From assembly GCA_965223425.1 (NCBI GenBank), contig OZ245003.1, positions 1,312,001 through 1,376,000 of the forward strand: DNA of 64,000 nucleotides, given 5' to 3'. This document shows, one piece after another, positions 10,540 through 20,600 of the stretch (the first letter of the stretch is position 1; every line of letters begins with the position of its first letter). The translations under genes were made by a program, and so were the position numbers. The notes below the pieces were generated by a model that saw only the letters and a list, made by a program, of their open reading frames with translations, searched no databases and was not told the DNA's origin. The stretch is from Nitrosopumilus sp. (GTDB lineage Archaea; Thermoproteota; Nitrososphaeria; Nitrososphaerales; Nitrosopumilaceae).

Positions 10540-11908
10540 CAGTAGTTCCCAGATGTAGATTTACCGCAACCGCAACCGGCATCGGTTCTACTTGCCTCGA
10601 TCATTGACAAACAACTCGTTTCTGCTTGTAATGTACACGATAAACAACGCCATGGTGAGTTTTTTTCCCGCAGAAGACACTCTTCCATGCCTCTTTCCCG
10701 CATCAAGGCAGAACCTGGCAATCCTCCACAGGTTGTACAGCAGCAGCGGCAGGTAAAACATCAGCAGCCTCACAGACAGGGAGTTGCTGCATGTCCTGCC
10801 CATGATCTCCTTTATGACGCGAAACCCCGTCTCGATGCCCCATCTCTTGCGGTACTGCTCCGGTATGATGCCTGTCATGGCTCTGGCGCTCCTGATGGGA
10901 ATGTTTGTTGCAAACGCAATGTATTGCTCCTCCCCCTCCTCTTCCCCCTCCCCCTTTTTCTTCTTCTTCCTGTCTCTTTTGACAATTACAAGGTTGTAGG
11001 TCACAGTTACGCCGTCTTTGTTGGTCATTGACTGCTGCGATACCTGGCTTGCCTTTCCGTCCTTGTACATCTTGACTATCCTCTTGATCTTGGAGTTCAT
11101 GATGACAGGCATAATGTAGCGGCACCCGCCCTTTCCTGCCTCTGTCATGCAGTCAACGTTGTAAAAGGCGCGGTCGTACAGGAACACAGTCTTTGAGTGT
11201 GCGCCCCCTCTGAGGATTTTCGTGCGTGTTTTGGCTATAAAATCGGCCAGTTTTTCCTTTGCCGGTAGTAGCTTCGATTCCAGGACAATCTGCGAGGAGT
11301 CCCTGCCGACTCCGTGCACTGCGACATACGAGAGAAACGTGGATGTTCCTGCCCTTGGACGCGACTTTCTTGTATGCCCCTGCAGCTGCTCCCCATGGTA
11401 TGGTATGTCCGTAACGTCTATTGCAATGGCGTCGATGTCCTGCAGCATTCCTGTATGGCGGGCGTGCCGCACCGTGCGTGCTAATGTCTTTGCACACCAG
11501 GCCTGCACGTCTGCCGGTTTGACGCCACGGACTGCAGACATGACCAGGTCTGCATCAGGCGTACGTGCACCCGTGTCTTGAAGCCTGTTGTGCCGTACGA
11601 GGGATTCTACAAACGTGTTTCTCTCAGACGCCTTGATTAGCACGTCCAGTATGTCATTGCATCCGTATACGGCGTTGTGCCTCTCAGACATTGGCATGCC
11701 AAGCTTTTGAAACGACGAGCGCAGGATTTTAAACCGGTTTGATGTTATATTGTACTGGCGTGCGATCAGTTCGTCATGTAATTCGACTTTCATGACATAT
11801 TGCACGCCGTAGCCTAATCTGGATCTTTGCATTGCAGTTATGCGGTAACGCACCGGCATCTGGGCATAAACCTACATCTGGGCACAAATCTACATCTGGG
11901 AACTACTG
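10540..11908 (-). mobile_element. ISH3-like IS, apparently intact
   Basis: 23-bp TIRs CAGTAGTTCCCAGATGTAGATTT; ATGT target duplication at 10536-10539 and 11909-11912. Confidence 0.93.
10588..11859 (-). CDS. DDE transposase (ISH3/IS4-like)
   Basis: IAIDVTD, LYDRAF, YRKRWGIETGFR. Confidence 0.9.
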   Translation of the reverse strand: MPVRYRITAMQRSRLGYGVQYVMKVELHDELIARQYNITSNRFKILRSSFQKLGMPMSERHNAVYGCNDILDVLIKASERNTFVESLVRHNRLQDTGARTPDADLVMSAVRGVKPADVQAWCAKTLARTVRHARHTGMLQDIDAIAIDVTDIPYHGEQLQGHTRKSRPRAGTSTFLSYVAVHGVGRDSSQIVLESKLLPAKEKLADFIAKTRTKILRGGAHSKTVFLYDRAFYNVDCMTEAGKGGCRYIMPVIMNSKIKRIVKMYKDGKASQVSQQSMTNKDGVTVTYNLVIVKRDRKKKKKGEGEEEGEEQYIAFATNIPIRSARAMTGIIPEQYRKRWGIETGFRVIKEIMGRTCSNSLSVRLLMFYLPLLLYNLWRIARFCLDAGKRHGRVSSAGKKLTMALFIVYITSRNELFVNDRGK

Positions 11909-12232
11909 ATGTCGTATTGTGACTTGTTCCTACTGTTTCTCCCATTATTGAATGCAATTATCACATTGTTTGGAATCTGACCTGAATAGATATTTTTTAT
12001 AAAAATTACGACTACCATATGATGGTTATCTCTTCCTCTTTTTGGTCTATATCCCATGTTATACATTAATGCTGTACCTGCTTGGAGCATGGCATTATAT
12101 GCAGTATTATGAGTAGTTTCTGCTAAATCTGGATCTGAAATTATTTTTTTGGAATTTCTTAAATCACGTTTTGCAATATCCATTTTATCTATAATCTGCT
12201 GAGAACTACTTGCAAATGGTTCTATTAATCCC

Positions 12233-13258
12233 TCACTTTGTAATTCGTTTAAACTCTTGCTCATCTCCTACCACCATAATCATCGGATTGTTTGTAATTT
12301 CTCTTAACAGAGGTATCCTATCTTTAGATTTCATCTTAAATTCTTTTTCTGTCCATAATGTATAATGAATTTCTCTTCCAATCCTTCTTTCAAGTTCTGC
12401 AACGGATTCCATTAAATCGCCTTCTACTATCGAACCTATTACAAGTAAATCAACATCACTCGCGTCTGTTTCTTCTCCTTTTGCAATTGAACCAAAAATT
12501 AACGCAAATTTTATTTTTTCTTTAGATAATTCTTTTTTAATTAATTCGCCTGCTAATTCATATTTCAGAAATATTTTTCTTAATTCGTTGTATATTGTGC
12601 TGTTTTTGTTTATTTTATATAATACTAGATTTCCCTGTTTACGTTTTTTAACCAAGCCCAAGGGAAATATGTTATCCATCTCTTTGTACACAGTTGATGG
12701 AGACATACTAATTCTTCTTGCAATTTCATTTAAATGAAATTCATTCATAGAATTTAAAAATAATAATTTTAAGATGAGAATTAACGTATTGGATCTAAAT
12801 AATCTATCCAATGAAGTTTGTACTTTGATCTGTGGTGTTTGTTTTTTAGCTGGAAATAAAACTTTTCTTTTTACTGAAAGTAATGCTTTACTTTGTTCAG
12901 GCTTTACAACTTCTCGTATCTTTTCATCAATAGATATTACACCAATTCCAAGATTCTTACATGCGTTGATCATGTTCTTTGTGATTGATTTTTTTGGCAA
13001 CGCAAGATATGAAAAATTCACTGCATTTTTAAGATGTAATGCTTGTCGTATGCCGCTTTCTATGTTGCCTCTGTTTCCTTTTATTTCCACTGCTGTGATT
13101 TTTCCATTATCTTGTACTGCAACTAGGTCTACCATTCTGCCTCTAATTTTGACATTGTTTTTTACGTCAAAGCCCTTCTTGGCAAAATACTCTCCTACTT
13201 TTGCTTCCAATAGTTTCCAAGACCTCAAAACCCTGATTTCCTGTGATTGGACAATCAT
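12233..13258 (-). CDS. Fusion: PD-(D/E)XK endonuclease-like domain + wHTH + minimal nucleotidyltransferase
   Basis: VDLVA...AVEIK; FHLNEIARRISMSPSTVYKE; FGSIAKGEETDASDVDL; overlaps the HEPN gene start. Confidence 0.85.
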   Translation of the reverse strand: MIVQSQEIRVLRSWKLLEAKVGEYFAKKGFDVKNNVKIRGRMVDLVAVQDNGKITAVEIKGNRGNIESGIRQALHLKNAVNFSYLALPKKSITKNMINACKNLGIGVISIDEKIREVVKPEQSKALLSVKRKVLFPAKKQTPQIKVQTSLDRLFRSNTLILILKLLFLNSMNEFHLNEIARRISMSPSTVYKEMDNIFPLGLVKKRKQGNLVLYKINKNSTIYNELRKIFLKYELAGELIKKELSKEKIKFALIFGSIAKGEETDASDVDLLVIGSIVEGDLMESVAELERRIGREIHYTLWTEKEFKMKSKDRIPLLREITNNPMIMVVGDEQEFKRITK

Positions 13259-13276
13259 TTCTTAATAGGAAATATG

Positions 13277-13306
13277 GTTTTCTAGTATTTATAATTTTGT
13301 AGAAAC
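13277..13306. promoter_or_regulatory. Putative promoter/operator of the MNT-HEPN operon
   Basis: Inverted arms TTTCTA...TAGAAA bracketing a TTTATAA box just upstream of the start. Confidence 0.35.
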
Positions 13307-13307
13307 T

Positions 13308-14598
13308 GGTTCTGTGAAGTTATCGGGAGTTACATGTCAATTCCCAAAATGTACAAGCCTCCAAACCGCAAGATATTCGCTGAAGGCGATAAAGCCAATA
13401 TCACAGAAATATGCGCCGAACTCTGACCTAATGGATATGGCGGCTACATTCACAAAGATGGCCAATCATTGCATCAAGATAGGGTTGAAAGAAGACACTC
13501 ACAATATGAAGAGGCTGTCCATGTTATGTTATCACGAATTACGTAACTATGACATTTTATCGTCATACAAGATATGTGCAATATCAAGAGCTGCAGGCAT
13601 ATTATCAAACAGAAAACAATCAGTCAAACGAGGTGTCAGAATAAGAGACCCAATAGTCAAAAATCCCTTTATGACAAACTGTTACGGCATAAAACACAAC
13701 GGTGCACTACTAACAATCCCATACAAGAAGCATAACCCAATCAACATTTTACTCAACGATCACGCCCAAAAAATCCTGTCTGATCCCGCCCTGACGGTGC
13801 GCTCGTTTTCACTGACTGCCCTCAACATCAGTCTTTGTGTTTCAAAAAAAGTACAAGAGATAGAGTGCACCAAGAAAGTTGGAATAGACAGAAACCTAAG
13901 AAATGTGACGTGTGGGAGCGAGGAAGGGGTGACAGTCTACAAGACAAACAAACTGTTATCCATAAAGGAGAACACAGTACACGCCAGGGCAGGCTTCCAC
14001 AGAAATGACCGCAGGAAGAAAAATCAGTTCTGCAAGGAAAAACAGAGAAGACTGACTGACAGAACAAAGCAGTACATCCACAGAATATCAAAGGATATTG
14101 TGGATAATGCCGTCAAAGAAAAGGCTGCAATCGTTCTAGAAAACCTGAAAGGAGTTAGAAAACTCTACAAAAAAGGAAATGGTCAGGGCAGCAAGTACAG
14201 GCGCAGATTGAACGGGTGGCAATTCTACGAGCTGCAACGCCAAATAGAATACAAAGCCCGATGGGTCGGGCTCCCGCCAGTCGAGACAGTAGACCCAAGA
14301 AACACGAGCACGCAGTGTCCGCAATGCGGAAAGAGACTCCAAGAGGACATGCAACAGCATCGTAAACTGTCGTGTAATAATTGCGGTTTGTTTATGGACA
14401 GGGATATTGTCGCTGCCATGAACAACATATCACGCAAGCTGCCCCCTAGGTTTAGGGGCAGTAGAGATGACATATGTGAAGCGCAGTCCGGCACTTTTGA
14501 GCCGGCGATGACGGAATCCGGCACACCATTGGCAATCCGAATAGTCGATATGTCAAAGTCGAGTTATAGGGGTTAACTCCCGATAACTTCACAGAACC
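13308..14598 (+). mobile_element. Non-autonomous TIR element carrying only tnpB
   Basis: Perfect 25-bp TIRs GGTTCTGTGAAGTTATCGGGAGTTA at 13308-13332 and 14574-14598; no target duplication seen. Confidence 0.85.
13314..14576 (+). CDS. tnpB: TnpB/Cas12f-like RNA-guided endonuclease; true start probably downstream of 13314
   Basis: RuvC-I GIDRN, RuvC-II IVLENL, Zn finger CPQC...CNNC, RuvC-III DRDIVAAMN; stop codon lies inside the right TIR. Confidence 0.93.
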   Translation: MKLSGVTCQFPKCTSLQTARYSLKAIKPISQKYAPNSDLMDMAATFTKMANHCIKIGLKEDTHNMKRLSMLCYHELRNYDILSSYKICAISRAAGILSNRKQSVKRGVRIRDPIVKNPFMTNCYGIKHNGALLTIPYKKHNPINILLNDHAQKILSDPALTVRSFSLTALNISLCVSKKVQEIECTKKVGIDRNLRNVTCGSEEGVTVYKTNKLLSIKENTVHARAGFHRNDRRKKNQFCKEKQRRLTDRTKQYIHRISKDIVDNAVKEKAAIVLENLKGVRKLYKKGNGQGSKYRRRLNGWQFYELQRQIEYKARWVGLPPVETVDPRNTSTQCPQCGKRLQEDMQQHRKLSCNNCGLFMDRDIVAAMNNISRKLPPRFRGSRDDICEAQSGTFEPAMTESGTPLAIRIVDMSKSSYRG

Positions 14599-15690
14599 TT
14601 ATGTTACTATCTCATCAAGGCGGTCTTCTTCCTGGGCTTGCCTAATCTCCATCGCAATTCTTCTACCTACGCCAAAGGTTTTACCGTATTGATATTTTGT
14701 ATAAGGGCTTGTAGTTGCAACTATCGGATTTCCAGGAACTCTTAATGACACATCATATACGATTAGCTCCAAATCTTTTGTAATCACGCTCTGCAACGAG
14801 AATGGGCCAATAATGCCTGGCGCATACTCTCTTCTGACTGCTGCCACAAACCTGTCCCCCATTTTGATCACTTTTTCAAGCAGTGACTCTCTGATACTTG
14901 CAGGCGTGTGACCTACTTCTATATTTTGTAGATCCACGTCGATGTCTAATTGCTGCCTTGCAGGTAATGCATTGTAATCATGAATGTTTGTTTGCAACCT
15001 TCTTTCTATCCCGATGAAATCCACCTGGTCTGAAATTGGCGTGTGAAAGAAATTAAAATTCATGTACGTCCCTACCGCCAGTTCTTCTATACTTGATTTT
15101 TCTAAATCTTTTTTTGAGATAATGCCTTGCTTGATTTTTGCTGCTGATTTTTCCTTGTAATCCTTGTAAGACGAAACTGTAAAAAATGCCCTCTCCAAGG
15201 GCCTATTTTTTTCTTGAACCTTTACAATACAAGGCCTGTTGATTCTCTTTGGATCCTTGAACAGCTTGGGGTATTTTATTCTGGCTTTTTCTAAAAGATA
15301 ATACTGCCCTTTTTTTGCAGTTCTTTCTTCTGCTTGAAACAGACGTCTATTTCCAAAAATTGGCACTTTGAATGTGTTTTCTATTGTCTTGTATCCGAGA
15401 TAAACGGTAAGTGATCTGTGTGGAACTATGATTGTGTTTGACTCCCGCAGTTTTTTTTGAATTTTGGCCAAAGCCATGTCTTTGAATTTGTCAAGTACTA
15501 CGATCTCATCTGCAATTCTCTTGAATCTTTGATATGGCCCCTCTCTTCCTTTTTGGCAAAATACTGTGGTTTGAAAGTCCTCATCTTTTGCCCCGTCCAT
15601 TACTTCTAATGCCGAATGACTGCCAAGAACCCCAATTTTTACGTCCGAATAATCGTTGACTATCTTCTTAATCTCAGAGCTTTTAATCAT
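14599..15690 (-). CDS. purP: PurP-family formate--phosphoribosylaminoimidazolecarboxamide ligase (ATP-grasp)
   Basis: GSHSALEVMDGAKDE, IFGNR, SIRESLL, GIIGPFSLQ. Confidence 0.88.
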   Translation of the reverse strand: MIKSSEIKKIVNDYSDVKIGVLGSHSALEVMDGAKDEDFQTTVFCQKGREGPYQRFKRIADEIVVLDKFKDMALAKIQKKLRESNTIIVPHRSLTVYLGYKTIENTFKVPIFGNRRLFQAEERTAKKGQYYLLEKARIKYPKLFKDPKRINRPCIVKVQEKNRPLERAFFTVSSYKDYKEKSAAKIKQGIISKKDLEKSSIEELAVGTYMNFNFFHTPISDQVDFIGIERRLQTNIHDYNALPARQQLDIDVDLQNIEVGHTPASIRESLLEKVIKMGDRFVAAVRREYAPGIIGPFSLQSVITKDLELIVYDVSLRVPGNPIVATTSPYTKYQYGKTFGVGRRIAMEIRQAQEEDRLDEIVT

Positions 15691-15786
15691 AATATGCTTA
15701 GGTTATGGGATCTAATATAGCTAATTTTCAATTTAGAGATCGGTAAAAATCACAAGATTTTTTTTAATTGGCATCTGATATTTGGT

Positions 15787-15939
15787 ATGCTTTATCATTT
15801 CGAGTTACAGATGGCAGGAGTGATTCTTTTGACTGCAATGGCCGCAGGTGGGATTTCTTTGTGGCTTAAACGAAGAAGAATTAGAAAAGAGCTAGAAGAA
15901 GATGATGCTGCTAAAAGCGATGAGGCACAAAACCCATAG
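15787..15939 (+). CDS. Small single-pass membrane protein (50 aa), absent from ORF track
   Basis: MLYHFELQMAGVILLTAMAAGGISLWLKRRRIRKELEE...; TM followed by a basic stop-transfer segment. Confidence 0.55.
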   Translation: MLYHFELQMAGVILLTAMAAGGISLWLKRRRIRKELEEDDAAKSDEAQNP

Positions 15940-15991
15940 TGCTAAAAATTCATCCATCTAATAGATAAAATACCGCAAGTTCCAAGATTAA

Positions 15992-16552
15992 TTGTTGAAA
16001 CTAATCATCGGTATTACTGGCAGCACTGGAGCAATTTATGGAATTAGAATGTTGGAGACTTTGAAAAAACTCGATGTTGAAACCCATTTGATAATGTCAG
16101 AGTGGGCCGAAAAATGCATCTCGATGGAGACAGAGTTTACACCTGATTATGTAAAATCACTTGCGACTAGCGTCTCAGATGAAAAAAACATGGCATCAAG
16201 TGTCTCAAGTGGCACTCATAGAGTTGATGGAATGGTTGTTGCGCCTTGTAGCATGAAAACGTTATCTGCAATTGCAAATGGATATGATGACACGTTAATT
16301 GCAAGGGCTGCAGGAGTCACAATAAAAGAATCTAGAAAACTAATTTTAATGGTAAGGGAAACGCCCCTTTCTGCAATTCATTTAGAGAACATGTTGAAAC
16401 TATCTAGACTGGGAACGGTGATTTTGCCTCCTGTAACGGAATTTTACACAAAACCCAAATCAATTGATGATATAGTTAATCATGGGGTGGGAAAATGCTT
16501 GGACCAATTTGACATAGAGCACGATTTATACCCTAGATGGGGCACTCTCTGA
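15992..16552 (+). CDS. ubiX: Flavin prenyltransferase UbiX
   Basis: GITGSTGAIYG, SSG, APCSMKTL, RETPL. Confidence 0.95.
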   Translation: MLKLIIGITGSTGAIYGIRMLETLKKLDVETHLIMSEWAEKCISMETEFTPDYVKSLATSVSDEKNMASSVSSGTHRVDGMVVAPCSMKTLSAIANGYDDTLIARAAGVTIKESRKLILMVRETPLSAIHLENMLKLSRLGTVILPPVTEFYTKPKSIDDIVNHGVGKCLDQFDIEHDLYPRWGTL

Positions 16553-16558
16553 CTTGCC

Positions 16559-16987
16559 GTGTCCAAGTTCTCTATAGAAAAAACAGTCAAGGCAAAAAGA
16601 GAAGCTGTTTTTGAAATACTATCCAACTACAAAAATTATCAGAGACTGGTCCCTCAGCACTTTTCATCAATCCGCATGCGCTCGGTTCGAGGAAATGTTT
16701 CTGTAGTGGAGGAGCATATGAATCTTGGAAAGCAAGAACTTGTAATTATGGCCAAGCATGTTACAAAGAGACCTGTCTTACATGAGGTTTTTGTCATTGG
16801 GGGGGATGTCAGGGGAAGCCGCATCAAACAGCAGTTTCTTGACATTCCAGAAGGAACAAAAGTCATAGTTGATGTGGACTTGAAGCTAAAAGGCAAAATG
16901 AAAGTGTCAAATTTGCTTGGAAAAAATGCCTTTGAGCAAGATTATGCCAACATTTTAGGTGATTTTTTGAAAATTGCTGAAAGCTAG
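16559..16987 (+). CDS. SRPBCC/START-like (polyketide cyclase) protein
   Basis: KAKREAVFEILSNYKNY...P N-terminal pattern, 142 aa. Confidence 0.7.
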   Translation: MSKFSIEKTVKAKREAVFEILSNYKNYQRLVPQHFSSIRMRSVRGNVSVVEEHMNLGKQELVIMAKHVTKRPVLHEVFVIGGDVRGSRIKQQFLDIPEGTKVIVDVDLKLKGKMKVSNLLGKNAFEQDYANILGDFLKIAES

Positions 16988-17190
16988 TCTGATTTTGCCT
17001 CTTTGTCTTTAAAGTCCTTGAGCTCTTTTTCTCCTTCGATCTTGCCTTTTTCAAACTCCCCTTTGGCCTTGCCAAATGTTTTTGCAAGTTCTGGAATCTT
17101 TTTTGCGCCAAAAATTAGAACAACTGCAATAATTATGATGAAAATCCATTCTTGGCCTGCGATGAAATTGGCCAAACCCATTCCAAACAT
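16984..17190 (-). CDS. tatA: Twin-arginine translocase TatA
   Basis: LIFGAKKIPELAKTFGKAKGEF. Confidence 0.95.
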   Translation of the reverse strand: MFGMGLANFIAGQEWIFIIIIAVVLIFGAKKIPELAKTFGKAKGEFEKGKIEGEKELKDFKDKEAKSD

Positions 17191-17217
17191 TATGTACCTA
17201 CTTGATCAAATTTGGAT

Positions 17218-18009
17218 TTAAGTGTTCAACTTTTTGCGTTCTTTACGCTCAATGATTATCATGCCTGTCGCATACAATGCAATCATCGGACCTGCAATAA
17301 ACCACATTGTAACCCCGCTTCCATCCGGTGTGATAACTGCGCCAAAGACGACAATTGCCACAATGGCATATCTGATGTTTTTTCTCCAAAAGTCCGAACC
17401 TGCCATTCCTGATTCAGATACTGCATACATGACAAGTGGAAGTTGAAATGAAAATCCAAACGCCAGCAAAAACTGCAAGACAAACGTAACAAAATCCATT
17501 ATGTTTAGAAAAGTTATCAGTCCTGCTGATTCCCCATATCTGTACAAAAACTCTAAAATGTATGGGATTACAAAATTATGCGAAAAAACACAACCTGCAA
17601 TAAACAGCCCTAATGCTGGCAGTGTGATGCTTCTGCTGACATTGATTTCATTTTCTTTTAATGCCGGTTTGATAAATCCAACTAATTCTTTGATGATAAC
17701 TGGCATCCCAACTACGATTCCGACAAGTGCTGCAATGTATACTTGGGCAAAGAAAGCCTGTCCTGGCGCTGTTTGAATCAGCTGAACGTCTTCGGGCACA
17801 AGGTTGGTTTTCATATGATTGGTAATCTGGGCTGCAATATTGTCAAGCGGCTCTGGTGTCAGATAGTATAATGTAGTTTGTCCTGTTTGGATTGGTTCAA
17901 TATGAAAGGTCAAAATAACTGCAGTAATGATGCCAATAACTAGTACTATTCTAAGTAGCCTCTTTCTTAACTCTTCAAAATGTCTGTTGATTCCTTCCAA
18001 TTCTGACAT
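17218..18009 (-). CDS. tatC: Twin-arginine translocase TatC
   Basis: HFEELRKRL, PALKENE, FQLPL, ITPDGSG. Confidence 0.95.
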   Translation of the reverse strand: MSELEGINRHFEELRKRLLRIVLVIGIITAVILTFHIEPIQTGQTTLYYLTPEPLDNIAAQITNHMKTNLVPEDVQLIQTAPGQAFFAQVYIAALVGIVVGMPVIIKELVGFIKPALKENEINVSRSITLPALGLFIAGCVFSHNFVIPYILEFLYRYGESAGLITFLNIMDFVTFVLQFLLAFGFSFQLPLVMYAVSESGMAGSDFWRKNIRYAIVAIVVFGAVITPDGSGVTMWFIAGPMIALYATGMIIIERKERKKLNT

Positions 18010-18038
18010 TGAACATCTTTGCGTTTTAACTATATCCA

Positions 18039-18506
18039 TTATGTGGGAATCGGCAATAGTTTTGCTTCTGGCAGTCCTGCCTCTTTGAGTTGTTCAGCAG
18101 TTAAATCTTCAAACTCTAGAGAAATAACGGCCTTGGTGCTAAATTTTGTTTCCATCTCTTTTGCCAAACCCCCGATATCTCTGCTGGCGTAGATTTCTTT
18201 CGAGTCCTTTAGGAAAATTCTTTCCCCCTTTTCCATCTCTTTGCCATTGAATTTTCCTTTCAAAAAACTAGTAATTGATGGAAGTTCGTTTCTGTCAATG
18301 TTGTTATGAAAATAGCATATGCCTTTTACTGATTCATAATCATATGCAGTCCCATGCCTGTACATGAAGACTCCGATAAAACGAGCCTCCTCCTCTGGCT
18401 CTCTGACGCATTTAATCTCCCAGTTTAGCAATTTACTTTCATCGTATGCAAAGCCGTCCATCTCATCTGATGTGATCTTCCAATATCTTGATCTGCCTTT
18501 TGCCAT
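18039..18506 (-). CDS. Hypothetical protein
   Basis: 155-aa ORF co-oriented with tatC. Confidence 0.75.
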   Translation of the reverse strand: MAKGRSRYWKITSDEMDGFAYDESKLLNWEIKCVREPEEEARFIGVFMYRHGTAYDYESVKGICYFHNNIDRNELPSITSFLKGKFNGKEMEKGERIFLKDSKEIYASRDIGGLAKEMETKFSTKAVISLEFEDLTAEQLKEAGLPEAKLLPIPT

Positions 18507-18605
18507 TATGTACTAACATGGAATATTCTGGTATAAATTCCAATGTCTATACACTACTAGTCAAATTCGATGATTGCTTTTATAATAAACTCGCGCATTC
18601 ATTTC

Positions 18606-18761
18606 ATGGGAAACAGAATTACTGTCGTATTAAGCTCTGCTAACGTCGAAAAACTTCGCAATATCCAAGCAAAAATGATAAGAACCTCCCCAAAATCTAT
18701 TAGCTTCTCACACGTATTGAATTTAGTTGTGAGTGAGGGCTTGAAGAAAACCAAAGCTTGA
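18606..18761 (+). CDS. Small ribbon-helix-helix-like protein
   Basis: MGNRITVVL...KLRNIQAKMI...SFSHVLN; TTTATAA box upstream. Confidence 0.6.
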   Translation: MGNRITVVLSSANVEKLRNIQAKMIRTSPKSISFSHVLNLVVSEGLKKTKA

Positions 18762-19034
18762 TGCAGAAATTAAAACCATTTGGATTGCCTCTATTTCTAA
18801 CTGTTCAGACCCGTTAAATTATATCAGTAATCGGTTCGGGGCCGGCAATATCTAAACAACACAAGTCCTCCGAACCGAGTACCTAACGAATATTTCAAAA
18901 TAAGTATTAAAGCGCGTGTTTCAAGTGCACTGAACTCTTCGGGACGTTTCACAATTTTTGTCCCTAGAAAAAACCAAATCGTTCGAAGATCCAAGTGCAT
19001 TATATCTGGCTCTGTCAAATCTACGGTTTGTATT

Positions 19035-20105
19035 AGATGAGTTGCGCAATTACAATCAAAATCCCATCTTTCACTCGATAGTTTTTGATTTTATGGAATC
19101 ACAACAAGCTCTTGCTTCCACCGTATCTTGAAATTAACAATTCCGCAGACTATCTCGCTAATGGTGTCATAACGACGCAATCTGTTCCTAAATGTATATG
19201 CGCTGATTCTGAATTTCTTGATTTGTGCAATGACATGCTCTCTATCCTGATTCTAACTTTAGCTTGAGATTTGTTCCACTCTTTCTGAGAATCAGTTAGC
19301 TTTCTTCCTTTCTTTTTTCTGTATGGCAAAATGCTGGTCTGTTTTGGAAGGTCCTTTTCAATCCCCAAATATCCGAGGCCATAAAAGCTTAACAGCTCTT
19401 CAGACAGTGTCGGATGTTTTGATTTGTAAATTTTGTAACCGTGGCGACATCCGGGTGAATGTGCAGGTTTGTGAATTATGACTCCGTCAAGGTTTATCGT
19501 AATCTGGTTTTGTACTGTGTGGTTTTTCTTTTTGCCTGAATAGTGTGTCTTACGTTTGCGCTTGTTTTTTGACCTCGGTATTGGCTGCTCCGTACCGCCT
19601 GTGATTGCAATTAGTTCCGGGAAGAACTCTTGGAGCTGCTGCATGCCGCTGATCTTTTTTGAATCTGCATACTTTTTGGCGGGAATTGGGATTGACTGCT
19701 TTACTGCGGGCTCCAAATATCTGATATCCCGCACCACATTTGACTTGTTCAGATCAAATATCATTCCCGACACATCATGTGTTGTGTACATTCTGTAGTG
19801 CATTGACAGCATCAGAACTCTGTCTTTGATTGGTAGATCAAATTGTGTCCTGCACCAATGTCTCTTTTTCTTTTCTTTTCTGATAGACGTCTTGCTTCTG
19901 TAGTTTTGTATTTTTTTTGTATTTCTTTTGACAAGGAATCAAATTGTGGAACAGTCAGTCCTGTTATTGACAGGAATTGTTTTGGTCTTTTTGCTAGTTT
20001 CGTGTGATTGAACATGAATTGAAAATGGTTGTTTCTTAGCTTTGGATCTTGTTGTTAGGAAATATTGAGATTATACTCAAACTGAATCAATTGCGCAACT
20101 CATCT
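19035..20105 (-). mobile_element. IS5-family (ISL2-like) element with inactivated transposase
   Basis: TIRs AGATGAGTTGCGCAATT; flanks ATT/AGT; YSGKKK motif; frameshifts and Asp-to-Gly changes. Confidence 0.9.
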
Positions 20106-20349
20106 AGTATTTGTGATATGGAACTGGTATCATATCAATACGAACTGTCTAATTTTACTGGAGATTATGTAGATGCAGAAATACACACTCATGATATTTT
20201 TAAAAGCAGAGAAGATTTTGTACATATTACATTGTAACAGCTCGCGTTTTTGAAGCGATTTGAGGCAGTACATAGTCTGTTGCATAACCATGCCCTAAAC
20301 TAGTAAAAACAACGAGGATTTTTGTACTTGAAATTGAAGTTATGTAACA

Positions 20350-20394
20350 GACTAACAAGCAGTACACATCTGACTAACAAGCAGTACACATCTG
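20350..20394. repeat. 22-bp tandem duplication
   Basis: GACTAACAAGCAGTACACATCT x2. Confidence 0.9.
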
Positions 20395-20580
20395 CAGGAT
20401 CGTCGGGTCTTCTTCTGTGGTTTTGAATCAGGACGCCATCACATGACTGACGGAATTCCCTGATGACGAACTGGGATCTTTGATGTCAGTAGGACTTCTA
20501 GGCAACTTCAAAAACGCGATCAGTTACGATTTTGTGCTTTTTGGGTCAACTGTAAAACGACATAATATTCATATATGTTA

Positions 20581-20600
20581 TGATATATCATGATATATCA
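20581..20600. promoter_or_regulatory. Putative TA autoregulatory operator
   Basis: Palindrome TGATATATCA in tandem x2, directly before the antitoxin ATG. Confidence 0.5.

Larger units (their letters stand above)
10439..12264 (-). pseudogene. HEPN-domain protein (HEPN-MNT partner) split by an ISH3-like IS
   Basis: AYNAMLQAGTAL...HH...RNKSQYD; removing the IS and one ATGT restores the frame: MAGTISHTQAQNMVKHTEDFVKAAGQILEIPV, stop at 10439. Confidence 0.85.

Noticed and set aside
13314-14576. TnpB as a Cas12f effector of the array
   Set aside because: 30 kb from the array, which has a complete type I-B set; no repeats near tnpB.
18806-19030. Possible MITE with CAGACCCGT...ACGGTTTG ends
   Set aside because: Inverted repeats too imperfect and no target duplication.
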